NCBI GenBank assembly: GCA_965219415.1
Contig: OZ244742.1
Location: 2,004,712 to 2,068,711, forward strand
DNA from: Candidatus Marinacidobacterales bacterium
GTDB taxonomy: Bacteria; Acidobacteriota; Vicinamibacteria; Marinacidobacterales; DATDRI01
DNA length: 64,000 nucleotides
Reading direction: 5' to 3'
The notes beneath the pieces are model-generated. The model searched no databases, was not told the origin of the DNA, and was given only the letters and a program-made list of their open reading frames with translations. Below, piece after piece: positions 1-10,174 of the stretch (position 1 is the first letter of the stretch; each line of letters begins with the position of its first letter). A program made the position numbers and the translations under genes.

Positions 1-51
1 GTTCCCCCAGACATCGCTCGCCTCTTCAAGAATGCTTCTCGACGCCTTCAT
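1..51 (-). CDS. 5' fragment of a gene running off the window (MKASRSILEEASDVWGN...)
   Basis: ATG at 51 with GGAGGT RBS at 56-61; open to the window edge; follows the 130..603 gene on the same strand. Confidence 0.55.
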   Translation of the reverse strand, partial: MKASRSILEEASDVWGN

Positions 52-129
52 AACTACCTCCTGGGTTGGAGAAAGGGAGGTCAAGCTATGCCCGACCCGC
101 CGGGTTGTCAAACGGGCCGATCGTATCTG

Positions 130-603
130 CTAGTGGTAAACGACGGGTTGCTCGACTCGGAGGGGCCCCAAGCCGGCGGTGGCCGCGGCGATGCCCTCGG
201 CAAGCTCGGGATAGTGGGACGACGTCCATGGATTTGTATCACGCCAAGCCTCGACGAAGTCACCGGCTTCCATGAGCGAATAGATCGGAAGCATTGTGTC
301 GGATAGATCTTTCTCGTAGGAGGCGAGCAGCTCCGGCTCCTCCTTGCAGAGCACGTCGAGGGCCAGCGCAACGGGGGCCACGTCTTCAGGGAGAATCGAA
401 AAAGGCGCCGCTATCGCGAGGTAAACGAAATCCGGTCTTCCCGCCCAGCGAGCACGTGACTCGAGCGTTCCCGCGAGCCAAGCGTTAGGGTCACGCCCCG
501 GCCACAGGGTCTTATTAAAGGTGAAGCCAACTTCGGTCTGCGAAACGGACAAGGCCCCTTCCGCACCCTTCAAGATTCGATTCTTGTCTCGGGTGGATAT
601 CAA
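130..603 (-). CDS. hypothetical protein (157 aa), probably sigma54-transcribed
   Basis: TTG start with GAGGAGGT RBS; sigma54 motif just upstream; no family recognised. Confidence 0.7.
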   Translation of the reverse strand: MISTRDKNRILKGAEGALSVSQTEVGFTFNKTLWPGRDPNAWLAGTLESRARWAGRPDFVYLAIAAPFSILPEDVAPVALALDVLCKEEPELLASYEKDLSDTMLPIYSLMEAGDFVEAWRDTNPWTSSHYPELAEGIAAATAGLGPLRVEQPVVYH

Positions 604-632
604 TGGTGCCTACCTCCTCGGTGGCGTAGGAG

Positions 633-648
633 AGCAAGTCACGTGCCA
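633..648 (-). promoter_or_regulatory. sigma54 (-24/-12) promoter
   Basis: TGGCACGTGACTTGCT matches TGGCAC-N5-TTGCW; IHF-like TTCCAGACAGTTA at ~666-678 upstream. Confidence 0.8.
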
Positions 649-841
649 AACGCGGACTCGAGTATTTCCAGACAGTTAGCGCATTCCGATTCGCTCGTAA
701 CTAACCGATGAGATAGCCCGGTCTATCCTTTTGGAGAGCCTAGGAAGAGAGTTGCCTCCGCCGGGACTTTGCTGCAAGCTATGATGGCGGGTGCCGATAG
801 CCCGATCTTCCATCATCAACGTCAAAGAGGTGCGCACCGAA

Positions 842-2392
842 ATGCAGGTCCGTGAGCTTGTCCATCCACATCGCCGAAACGGGATCCACTTAGTTTTCAC
901 ACTGTCTCTTGGGGTGGCGTTGGCCGCCTGTGGAGGAAAAAAAGAGGTCGCCGCTCCCTCGCCGACCCCCACTTCGCAGGCTGCCAAGACGCCTCAGCGG
1001 AGCTCAGAAACCTCACCGCCACCGCCCTCGGAAGAAGTGCAAACGCTCTACAGAGGGCTCGACCAGGTAGAGGATGAGTTCGGAGCGATCCTCGAGCGGC
1101 TGTCTGCCGGCGAGACGGTCGGGGACGAGGAGCTCGTAGCGCTCGGGCAGCGTCTGCAAGCGGGCGCGCGCCTGTGCGCGGAGACGCAAGGCTGCGACAC
1201 GCTTCGCTTCCTCGACGTCATGGGCAGTCTCGTCGAGGAACAAACCGTGGCCCTCACCGACCAGGCTTCTCAACTCGAGGCTCTGAGCAACGAGGCCGAC
1301 ACGATCGACGAAGAGCTTTCGCTAGAGTCTGGAAGTTCTTCCATCGTGAATGCGATGCCGGAGCTCGGCGACACCGTGTCGCTCCTGCGCGGCAACGACC
1401 TTCGCGAGATGATCCATCTCAACGGACCGGTCAAGGCCGCCCTCGACGATTGGCTCACTTGGAACCGCCCCATGCTCATGAACTCCTACGAGCACTACCA
1501 ATATCTCAGCGACAAGATCGCGCCCATCTATGAAGAGGCGGGGCTCCCGGAAGCGTTGCTCTTCGCGATGATCGCCACCGAGACCGGTGGAAGAGTCCAT
1601 TCCTATTCTCACGCCGGTGCGGCGGGCCTTCTCCAATTCATCCGCTCGACGGGAAGGCGCTACGGGCTCCGAGAAGTGGACGGTTTCGACATGCGGCTGG
1701 ATCCCGAGGCCGCCACGCGTGCCAACGTCGCCTACCTGAACGATCAGTTCGAAGTTCTCAATGACAGCCTCGAGTTGACCCTCGCCGCATACAACGGGGG
1801 CGAGTATCGCATGAAGCGTCTACAACGGCGGTACAAGACGGGCTTTTGGGATCAGCGGGTTTACTATCGCGTGCCCAGGGAAACACGCGAGTATGTACCT
1901 CGTATTCTTGCCGCGGCATGGCTTTTTCTTCACCCCGAAGACTACAACCTCGAGTTCCCGGCCCTCGAAAATGAGCTGGCCGAGCTCGCCTTGAAAAACG
2001 ATGCCTCACTCGGGGAGCTCACGATCTGCTTGGGTCAAGTCGAGAGCCACAACGGTTGGTTTCGTACCCTTCGAAACCTTAACCCTCGCCTCAGCCCGGG
2101 GGAACGGGCCGAGGCCGGCGATACCATCACCATCCCGAAACTGCTCGTGCCTTACTACGAGGAGCGATGCGTTGAAGGGAGTTTGGTCGAGACGGCGTTC
2201 GAGCTCCACGAAGCCAACTATCCATACGGCAAGATGGACGTCTACGTCGTCCGCAAGGGTGACACGTTGGGACGTATCGCCTCCCGCTACCGGTGTGTCA
2301 CCACTCGGGAGCTCGCCGAAACCAACAACGTGCGTGCCCCCCGCTACCTTATTAGGGTGGGACAACAACTGAGGATCCCAGGCTGCCCCTAG
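842..2392 (+). CDS. lipoprotein lytic transglycosylase (SLT domain + C-terminal LysM, MltD-like)
   Basis: lipobox LAAC; IATETGG..AGAAGLLQF, LAAYNGG and ETREYVP SLT motifs; LysM YVVRKGDTLGRIA; start uncertain (791 GTG or 842 ATG). Confidence 0.9.
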   Translation: MQVRELVHPHRRNGIHLVFTLSLGVALAACGGKKEVAAPSPTPTSQAAKTPQRSSETSPPPPSEEVQTLYRGLDQVEDEFGAILERLSAGETVGDEELVALGQRLQAGARLCAETQGCDTLRFLDVMGSLVEEQTVALTDQASQLEALSNEADTIDEELSLESGSSSIVNAMPELGDTVSLLRGNDLREMIHLNGPVKAALDDWLTWNRPMLMNSYEHYQYLSDKIAPIYEEAGLPEALLFAMIATETGGRVHSYSHAGAAGLLQFIRSTGRRYGLREVDGFDMRLDPEAATRANVAYLNDQFEVLNDSLELTLAAYNGGEYRMKRLQRRYKTGFWDQRVYYRVPRETREYVPRILAAAWLFLHPEDYNLEFPALENELAELALKNDASLGELTICLGQVESHNGWFRTLRNLNPRLSPGERAEAGDTITIPKLLVPYYEERCVEGSLVETAFELHEANYPYGKMDVYVVRKGDTLGRIASRYRCVTTRELAETNNVRAPRYLIRVGQQLRIPGCP

Positions 2393-2457
2393 AGCGGTAA
2401 GTGCCCGGACCCGACTCGAGCCTCCCCCGCGGCTCCGCGTTTCTTTCGAAAAAACCC

Positions 2458-2485
2458 TCGACAAAACAGAAATTTTCGGTACAAT
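2458..2485 (+). promoter_or_regulatory. sigma70-type promoter
   Basis: TCGACA-16 nt-TACAAT in an AT-rich patch upstream of the 2681/2833 gene. Confidence 0.55.
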
Positions 2486-2680
2486 CTGGGGCCATCCAAT
2501 GAATTATTAGCTCCCTGAGCGGGAGCCTGTGTGGGGTTTGGGGGGTACGCCGATGCCCAAACTGGCCCAGGTGCCGAAAGTTGCGCCATGAAACCGTGTC
2601 CACTCGTCCTGCCGGCGTGGCCGGCATGAGTGGAGCCGCCTGCCGGCCCGGTCCCATCCCCTACGTTTCAAGGGGGCTTC

Positions 2681-4272
2681 GTGTCCGACTCTGAGAACAA
2701 AACCCCGGGGTCAGATCGATTCAACGAGTTACCCGATCGGGACGGCGAGCTCTTCGACTGGGGAGTCTGGAGCTCTTCCGATGAGGCTCCAGAAGCGTTG
2801 CTGCCTGGCGAGAGCGAGCAAGCGGAAGAATCGTGTCCACCGCGTCGGCCTCGACCTTCGAGATCCCCCCATCCACCGCAACCGCGGTGGATGGGTCGCA
2901 CTTCGCAGCGAGGATTTGGGCGGACGATCCACTGATGGCGGTGACCGTGTACTTTCGTAAGAAGGGAGACGGACTCCAACTGGTAGGCCTCGAGCGGCAC
3001 TGGCCGGGAAAGGTCATCGCTACTCCGGAATTTGAGATCGACACCGGGCGAAGCCGCTATACCGACCTTCAGGACCGGCAAACAGAGCTCTTCGACGTTT
3101 TCACGAAGAATTACAACGAAGAAACGGAAAAGAACTTGACCGGGCAGGAGCATTTCGACTCTTTACCCATCTCCTACCGCACGACCTACGATGCGGTCAC
3201 CCACGCATTGATGAACTCCCAGTTAACGGACGAGGAGGGGAACTCACTGGACACTGCGATCGATCTGGTCGAGCGTGTCGATCGGATCGCCGGTCAATAC
3301 TACGGAAGATCCGGGGACGAGCAATTCCGCATCTACGCAGATCTCGTCCCGAACGCCAGGGAGACCCTCGACGAGTCCCAGGAGTTCTTCCGCGACAAGG
3401 AGAACACCGTCTACCACGTTGGGTACCCCACTAGTTTCCGTCAGATCGGGAGGGTTCCGAACATTCAATTCTCGGTTTCTGGCAACGGCACTCGGGCCGA
3501 TATCGATGTCGACTACCGCTCGAGCAAGATGCCGCAGGCCATGTTCAACGGTCACCTCACCTCGGCCAATTCGGATGTTCGGGCGGGCGACAACTCTGTC
3601 CGCCACGCCGCCCGGTGGGAAGGTTTCGTCGCTTGGTGGAGAGAGGTCTTCGGCGGCCTGAAGAAAAGGAAAGACTCGCGCGGTACGGACATCCTGGCCC
3701 AGGAGCTTCCGGAGCCCCCCACGCCACTACCCGCCGATCGACCCCGAGACGCCGAGCCCGCCGAGATCCATGAAGCGGCGCAGGAGTTCCTCACCGATTG
3801 GTTGGTGCGGAGAAAACCCGAGGAAGCGCTCAAGTTTCTCTCGGATCGCGCGTTGGCCTGTTTGAACACGGACGATGACGTAACGCTCGAGCTTCTTCGA
3901 GAGAACCAGGCTCGCGATGTCGTTCGGACGCTCATGGAGTACACCAATGACGAGTTGGGGGACCGCGACAATTTGACGGAAGCCATCGACATCATCCTTC
4001 CCTGGGATCCGACATCGCTGGTGGTCGGCCAGCCCTACGAGGAAGACTTCGCGCTCGTTGAAATGCCCGATGAGAAAGCCGTTCAATATCTCTGCGACCG
4101 CAAGCCTACCCGTCAAGAGGCGGAATCGACTGAGGCGGGCAACCTGACCTACGGCACTTACTACGCAGTCGTGTTTCGCTTCAAGGCCGAGGGGGGCGGC
4201 GTCCTAGGGCTCCTTTGGGAACGCGAGGGTCGCGGTTGGCGTATCGTGTCCTATCGAAGCTTTCAGCAATGA
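2681..4272 (+). CDS. conserved hypothetical protein, probably frameshifted near 2830 (main ORF 2833..4272)
   Basis: 479-aa ORF; an upstream frame with GTG 2681 and AGGGGG RBS reads ..EQAEE and joins IVSTASA.. if one A is added at gaagaatcgtg. Confidence 0.6.
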
Positions 4273-4332
4273 GCTAGAGCTCCGACCTCTGCGCGGGCAG
4301 GCATCCGGATCCCAAGGTTGCAATCACCGTAA

Positions 4333-6045
4333 TCAAGGTTGAGAAGCGAGGGCGGAGAGGTCACTATACACTTCCTCCCCACCGACTAGAGTGAGAAGAA
4401 CGTGAGCGTCCTTGATCTGTCCCGGCGGGATCTGGAAGAGGTTATCCGACATCATGACGAGGTCGGCGTACTTCCCTACCTCGATTGAACCGCGGTTTTC
4501 CTCGAGGAAATTCGCGTAGGCGCCACCCAACGTGTAGGCCTCGACCGCCGTCTCTACGTTCACCCGTTGCTCCGGGATCCAACCGTCGGGAGGTTCGTTG
4601 TCCAGACCACGACGCGTTACCGCGGTGAAAATCCCTACCACCGGCTCCATCTCCGACACGTCCCAGTCGCTGGCGAAAGCAAGCCGAGCACCCGCATCAT
4701 CCAGGCTCCGCAGAGCCCAAGCGTATTCCGATCGCTGCGGCCCGATGCTGGCGGCCCAATACTCGCTGATGTCGGGTGCGCAGTGTCGGGGCTGCATGCA
4801 GGCGGTCACATCGAGCTCCTTGAAGCGCGGAATGTCTTCCGGAGACAGGATCTCCACGTGCACGAGCTGGTGACGGCTGTCTCGTGGTCCGTTGGCGCGG
4901 CGCGCGTGTTCCAAAGCGTCGAGTGCGACTCGAATTCCCCGGTCACCGATGGCGTGAATGAAGAGCTGAAAACCCCGCCCGTCCAGCCGGGTGACGGCCT
5001 CATTGAAGGTCTCCGGGGCATAGAACGTGTCTCCTCGCTCCCCGGGAAGATCGGCATAGGGCTCGAGCAGCGCCGCGGTGCGTGGCTCGATCACATCGTC
5101 GATGTAGAGCTTGATGGCGGATACGCGGATGCGCTCATCGTCGTAATCTCGCCTCGCTTCGACAAAGCGGTCGACTTCCTCCTCGGTCGTTCCCGGCGGG
5201 TGATAGAGCGCGATTTGAAGTCGACTCTTCAAGTGTCCTTCTTCCAAAGCCTTCTCGTACATCGAGAGCCGCCGGACGGAAGCCTGCGGCTCGACGATGG
5301 TCGTGATCCCGTATCTGATCGCATCGGAGAGGTTCTTCTTCAAACTCGCGTAGCGATCTTCTCGGTCGCGACTCGGGACGTGCTGCCACAGGCTCTCCTC
5401 GGCCTCGCCGGTGATCCCCATCGTGCCTCTGAGTATTCCGGTCGGCTTACCTTGCCCATCTAGAACAAGCTCCCCGAAAGGAACTCTTTCCGTGTCCGGC
5501 GTGATGCCCACGCTGTCCATCGCCGCGCGGTTGAGCCAGATGGTGTGGGCGTCGTAAGAAATGAACAAAGCGGGACGGCCTCCGGTCAGCCCAGCGAGGT
5601 CGTCCGCCGTCGGGAGTCCCCCATCAGGAAACAGGTTGTACTCCCAGCCGTCGCCCTGAATCCACTCTAGATCGGGTCGCTCCTCGGAAAACGCGCGGAC
5701 TGCTTCTTGAAGCTCGGTCAGGCTTCCAAATCCAAAGAGGCTGACCGCGTCGGGGTTCGAACCGGCCCATATGTGGTTATGGCTGTCTATGAAACCAGGT
5801 AGAACGAGCCGGCCCCCTGCGTCGATGACTCGAGTGCTCTCACCCACGTACCCTTCCGCACCATCGTTGGATCCGACATAGGAGATCTGCTCCCCTTTCA
5901 CTGCAACCGACTCCGCCCAGGGTCGATCGGAATCCACCGTATAGACCCGGGCGTTTCGGATGACGAGGTCAGCAGACTTATCTGTCGTCTCTTGACAGGA
6001 CCAGCAGATCCCAGAAAGAAGAAGTGAGATTACTATTTTCCGCAT
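4333..6045 (-). CDS. amidohydrolase family 3 (YtcJ-like) lipoprotein
   Basis: lipoprotein-like signal CWSC; PGFIDSHNH, IHAIGD, HQLVHVE, ASDW, SIEVGKYADLV motifs. Confidence 0.9.
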   Translation of the reverse strand: MRKIVISLLLSGICWSCQETTDKSADLVIRNARVYTVDSDRPWAESVAVKGEQISYVGSNDGAEGYVGESTRVIDAGGRLVLPGFIDSHNHIWAGSNPDAVSLFGFGSLTELQEAVRAFSEERPDLEWIQGDGWEYNLFPDGGLPTADDLAGLTGGRPALFISYDAHTIWLNRAAMDSVGITPDTERVPFGELVLDGQGKPTGILRGTMGITGEAEESLWQHVPSRDREDRYASLKKNLSDAIRYGITTIVEPQASVRRLSMYEKALEEGHLKSRLQIALYHPPGTTEEEVDRFVEARRDYDDERIRVSAIKLYIDDVIEPRTAALLEPYADLPGERGDTFYAPETFNEAVTRLDGRGFQLFIHAIGDRGIRVALDALEHARRANGPRDSRHQLVHVEILSPEDIPRFKELDVTACMQPRHCAPDISEYWAASIGPQRSEYAWALRSLDDAGARLAFASDWDVSEMEPVVGIFTAVTRRGLDNEPPDGWIPEQRVNVETAVEAYTLGGAYANFLEENRGSIEVGKYADLVMMSDNLFQIPPGQIKDAHVLLTLVGGEEVYSDLSALASQP

Positions 6046-6222
6046 TGGACCCTTTCTTCGGATCCGTGAAGAAGTTCCACCGCACGTGGCCGCCCTGCCC
6101 TCGCTTCACTCGAGTCAATTCGCGCCGGAACCGCAGAAGAACTGCGGCCTCAAGTCGTCGAAGAGAGTCATTTCCTGTGGCTAACTGTTTTCCATCGGGT
6201 TATCTCGAGAACGCTTTGGCGC

Positions 6223-6852
6223 TCAGCTGTGGTCAGCGTAGCTGGGCGTCAGTTGCAGTTCCTTCCGAGGCGCCGCGTCCAGCTCCGCCCCAGTTTCGAG
6301 CACGAATGTTGACCGAATGCTGTCCTTGGGAGCCGGCGCGGGCCAAATCGGGAGGCGCTCGCCAAGCCAGTGCGACAAGACGCAAACGCGGAAGTACTTC
6401 TCGTGCTCCCACTCCACCTCGGCCATGGTGAGGAGGCAGTCCACCCATTCTCGCCGCCCACAAGCCCACGCGTATCGCGCGGCGTCCTCATATTCCCGAA
6501 CGTTCCGGCTCTCGAGTTTTCCGGCTCCATACATCGGAGCGAGCCAACCCGAGATGTGGCAGAGAAGGCCGAGGGTTCGACCGATGAGAAAAGCCCTTGC
6601 CTCGCGGAACTTGCTCGGCGAGGCGCCCATGGCCCGCAGCATCTCCCCCACCTGGCGCCGATGCTGCCACTCTTCTTCCTCGATTTCCTTGATGTGAGCT
6701 CGCTCCGCCGGGTTCGAGACGGAACGCCAGTGCCCGCGGTAAGCGTGTGCGGCTACGAGTTCGCCCGAGTAAGCGAGCCTCAGAATTGCTGCGAGATTTC
6801 GTGAACTGTTTGTCCTGTCACTTTCCACGAACTCGCGCTCCACGATCAGCAT
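6223..6852 (-). CDS. ferritin-like / demethoxyubiquinone hydroxylase (COQ7-like) family protein
   Basis: AYSGELVA..AYRGH, EEEWQH, LESRN..EY and EWEHE di-iron ExxH motifs; start uncertain. Confidence 0.75.
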   Translation of the reverse strand: MLIVEREFVESDRTNSSRNLAAILRLAYSGELVAAHAYRGHWRSVSNPAERAHIKEIEEEEWQHRRQVGEMLRAMGASPSKFREARAFLIGRTLGLLCHISGWLAPMYGAGKLESRNVREYEDAARYAWACGRREWVDCLLTMAEVEWEHEKYFRVCVLSHWLGERLPIWPAPAPKDSIRSTFVLETGAELDAAPRKELQLTPSYADHS

Positions 6853-7015
6853 TGTAGACAAGAAGCGCTTCGATTTTCAATTAGTCAACGACGATTGGAT
6901 CGAACGGAAGTCCTGGAGCCGCGACAATGTCAGACAAAAGTCTTGCCTGGGCAAGATTCTTTGCTAAGTCGCTTACACTCCTTCAACGGAAGTTCGTTTC
7001 TCGGGGGAACCCTTC

Positions 7016-7363
7016 TCACGCCCGCGGACCCCAAAGAATGACGGCGGCACCGATCAGACAGATGAGCGCCCCCGCAATGTCCCAAATGTCGGGCCAGATG
7101 CCTTCCACGATCCACAGCCACAGGAGGGAGCTGGCAATGTAGACACCTCCATACGCCGCGAACGCCCTTCCTGCATAAGCCGAGTCCACCCTCGTCAGAC
7201 AAACGGCAAAAAGCACCAGGCTCCCAATTCCAGCAACGGTCCACCAAGGCGTGCGCCCAAGGCGAAGCCAAGCCCAAAACGCGAAGCACCCAGCGATCTC
7301 GAAGAAAGCGGCGAGCACGAAAAAACCGTTGGCGGGAAGCAGCACTGTAGGCGAGGATACCAT
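7016..7363 (-). CDS. ynfA: YnfA family small membrane protein
   Basis: [14 protein letters not shown] and [12 protein letters not shown] signatures; ATG 7363 with GAGGA RBS. Confidence 0.9.
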   Translation of the reverse strand: MVSSPTVLLPANGFFVLAAFFEIAGCFAFWAWLRLGRTPWWTVAGIGSLVLFAVCLTRVDSAYAGRAFAAYGGVYIASSLLWLWIVEGIWPDIWDIAGALICLIGAAVILWGPRA

Positions 7364-7439
7364 ACGGTTATCCTCACCTGGCGTCCCCACCAACCTCGCG
7401 CATGCTGCGGTGAGCTCATCACCGAGCGTTCTAATTCGG

Positions 7440-8792
7440 CTAGGTCGTCCCTTCCATCCGCTGCAGCACGTGCTCCCGCACCCACTTGGGGTCCCACCAT
7501 TCGAGTGGAGTCACCTGAACACCCCGGAGCAAGATCGAAAAGTGCAGGTGGTCTCCCACGGCAAGGCCAGTTGTCCCGGTCCGGCCCAGCGTCTGACCTT
7601 TCGACACGGACTGGCCGTTCTTCACGTCGATGCTACTGAGATGTCCGTAGAGCGAGAAAAGCCCTAGCCCGTGATCCAGGATGACGCAGTTCCCGTAGAT
7701 GCCCAGATAGTCCGCAAAGACTACGTCTCCGCCGTTGGCTGCCTCCACCGGACTGCGGGCGAGCGACGCCAGATCGAACCCCAAGTGGGTCTGCTGGTCG
7801 ACCTTCTCACCATGGTAGTAGTAGCTGCGACGATCGGCGAACGAAGACTCCACTTGAGAGTTGCTGAGCTGCTGGAAAGGTTCGTTCCACAGGCGGGTCG
7901 ATTTTGAGGTCGAGGTTATCTCGCCGATGCGCTCCTGTGTGATCGAGCGCAGCTCGCTGTTGATGGCCAGGAAGGTCTCGCGCGGCGTCTCACCGTGTTC
8001 GATATCCTTCGTGTGAGAAAGGATCTTTGGCGCGATGTCTTCAATGAGGCGATCGCTCACTTCGATACGGCGCTGGCGGAACTCGCGCGGAAACGTCTTG
8101 ATCCAAAAGCCTGTCTCACTGCCGTTTCCGGCACGGTCTTCGGCCCATGCCACGATGGGGACGTCGGGTGACTCGTCGTAGGGCAAACCAAAGAGGCACA
8201 CATGAGTGCCTTCGGGTTGACCACCGAGGGGAAATCCCGAGAAAACACGATTCCCGACCCGAACCCCCGAGGCTCCATCGCCCTCCGATACGTGGTAAAT
8301 CACGGCCTCGGAGCCCCCTTGTCGCAGGTAGTGTTGACTCGAGAGCACTTCGATGCGCGGCGGCGTCAGGTCGAGGGTGAGAGCGCGCACGTCCACCACC
8401 CGCCTGCGGAAGAACCAGAGGTTCGCTTGATCGGCGACCGCCACCGCGACCTCGAACTCCCCTTCTTGCAGTGAGGCCTTCTCCCTCAGGTCCTTGGCAT
8501 CGATGACAATCTCCTCCCGCCCCGGGCGTTGCTGCCAGGGAAGCCAGCTCGTCGAGTACACACGGGAGAACACGGTCTCGACGTTTCCATTCTGCCTCAC
8601 CTCGACCAAGATGCTCCGCAGTCCCCTCCCCTCGTCTTGCACGGTGAGCCCCAGCTCGGAGCCCTCTCCGAGAAACTCCGGACCGATCCAGTTGACCGTC
8701 GGCGGCGAAACATCCCAGAACCAGATGCTCACAAGCAGCAGAATCAAGGCGGCGGCAAATCCGAAATATTTCATTACTCTCCAGAACCTCAC
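7440..8792 (-). CDS. M23 family metallopeptidase, membrane anchored
   Basis: N-terminal TM; [22 protein letters not shown] and GDHLHF motifs. Confidence 0.92.
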   Translation of the reverse strand: MRFWRVMKYFGFAAALILLLVSIWFWDVSPPTVNWIGPEFLGEGSELGLTVQDEGRGLRSILVEVRQNGNVETVFSRVYSTSWLPWQQRPGREEIVIDAKDLREKASLQEGEFEVAVAVADQANLWFFRRRVVDVRALTLDLTPPRIEVLSSQHYLRQGGSEAVIYHVSEGDGASGVRVGNRVFSGFPLGGQPEGTHVCLFGLPYDESPDVPIVAWAEDRAGNGSETGFWIKTFPREFRQRRIEVSDRLIEDIAPKILSHTKDIEHGETPRETFLAINSELRSITQERIGEITSTSKSTRLWNEPFQQLSNSQVESSFADRRSYYYHGEKVDQQTHLGFDLASLARSPVEAANGGDVVFADYLGIYGNCVILDHGLGLFSLYGHLSSIDVKNGQSVSKGQTLGRTGTTGLAVGDHLHFSILLRGVQVTPLEWWDPKWVREHVLQRMEGTT

Positions 8793-9956
8793 TTCACGAG
8801 GTGACCGTCTCTTACCCAGATTTCACCGTCGACGGTCACCGTCGTATCGGTGAAGAAATTCCAACGCACGTAGCCGCCCCCAACGTTGCCGCCGAGCTCG
8901 GTGTTGTCGCCCAGAGACAGCCGCACGACTCCGGCTCCATATCCGTAATAGGGGATCCAAGGGGAGCGTTCCGGCACCGCCAGCTCGGGATTGAAGCCCA
9001 GTGCGAACTCACGAAAGGCCCGCCCGGCATTTCCAGCTTGGCTCATCTCGGCCTCCACTACTTCGCGACCGCTGTCGGCGTCGATGCTGACAACTTTGCC
9101 TTTCTCGAAGCGGAGCTTCAAACCTGTAACCGCCCGTCCATCCCACTGTGGGGGTGGAAACGCGATCGTGCCTTCCACCGTTTCCTCGAGTGGCGCTACG
9201 CGAACCGCACCCGAAGGGAGCTCGATCTCGCGATCGATGAGAATGACCGCCCGGCTCGCGCGCTCACGGGAAGCATCACCGTTCTGAAGACTGACCGGAC
9301 GTTGGCCAATACGAAACCTCAGATCGGTCCCGAGCGGTGACGTCACGCGCACTTCCCCGGAACGCATGGCGGCCTCGAAGCGTTGTTGATTTTCGTCCAA
9401 CGCTCGATAGTCCACATTCAGCAGCGCATTCTGGTACGTCTCTTCCATGGTCCAGCGCCGTGGAAGCGGCTGGCCTGGTATCGCGACGGCACTGCGATTC
9501 TGAAGCCAATGGAAGTGGGATGGTTCGGCCTCTGCCCTCCTGAAGCAGATCCTGAATGGCGGCGTAAGCGGGTTGAGTGGGGATGGCTCCCGGGAGCATG
9601 ACCGAGGCGTCGACCTCGCGAAACATATCACGGTAAGCTTCCCTGGCCGACCGAAGAGCGGGAGTCAACAGGCTTAGATCCCAGTCAGAGGGTATGGGTT
9701 GTTCTAGTGCATCTACGATACCCAAATCGATCGCTCCGGACTTCATGACGGCATAGCGGAAGTGGGGGATCACTTCGCGAAACGTCCCGGGGTGGGCAAG
9801 CGCAACAACCTTCTCACCCGGCTGAAGATCTAGCCGTTCGACGATCTGCTCACCAATCGCCTTCCAGTCCAGGGTGAGCTCGAGAGGAGGAGCCTGCGCA
9901 AACGTTGACGAGGTCGAAACGGCAAGCACGGTTAGAAGAAATACTTGGAGGCGCAT
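8789..9956 (-). pseudogene. secreted M29 (thermophilic aminopeptidase)-like protein split by a frameshift at ~9517
   Basis: 9276..9956 (signal peptide, ..GRGRTI) continues as HFHWLQN.. in 8789..9631 if one C is removed from atcccac; VTSPLGTDL, ELPSG, EFALGFNP and SLGDN motifs. Confidence 0.75.
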
Positions 9957-9965
9957 GGGGGCTCC

Positions 9966-10169
9966 TTACTCTGGTTTCTTGAGGGCGATTAGCCAGCCGA
10001 CAACGAAAGCGAGGGCCCCCGTACCGGTCATACCGAGCATCGCTTTCATCTCCGCGCTCCCAAAGAAGAGGAACGCCGAGGCCGTTACCAGGAATAGCCC
10101 GAAGAGCTGGAAGCCCCGACCGATGTAGTAGCGGGACCAACCCAGATAATTGACTTCTTTTCTGACCAC
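9966..10169 (-). CDS. small two-TM membrane protein (~67 aa)
   Basis: GTG/TTG start just after the mutL stop; RYYIGRGFQLFGL..TM..TM..KKPE. Confidence 0.6.
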   Translation of the reverse strand: MVRKEVNYLGWSRYYIGRGFQLFGLFLVTASAFLFFGSAEMKAMLGMTGTGALAFVVGWLIALKKPE

Positions 10170-10174
10170 CAACG

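Noticed and set aside
2561-2596. SAM-I riboswitch resemblance (ACTGGCCC..ATGAAACC)
   Set aside because: Lacks the GAGGG kink-turn, GCAACC and the AUC/GAU P1 elements
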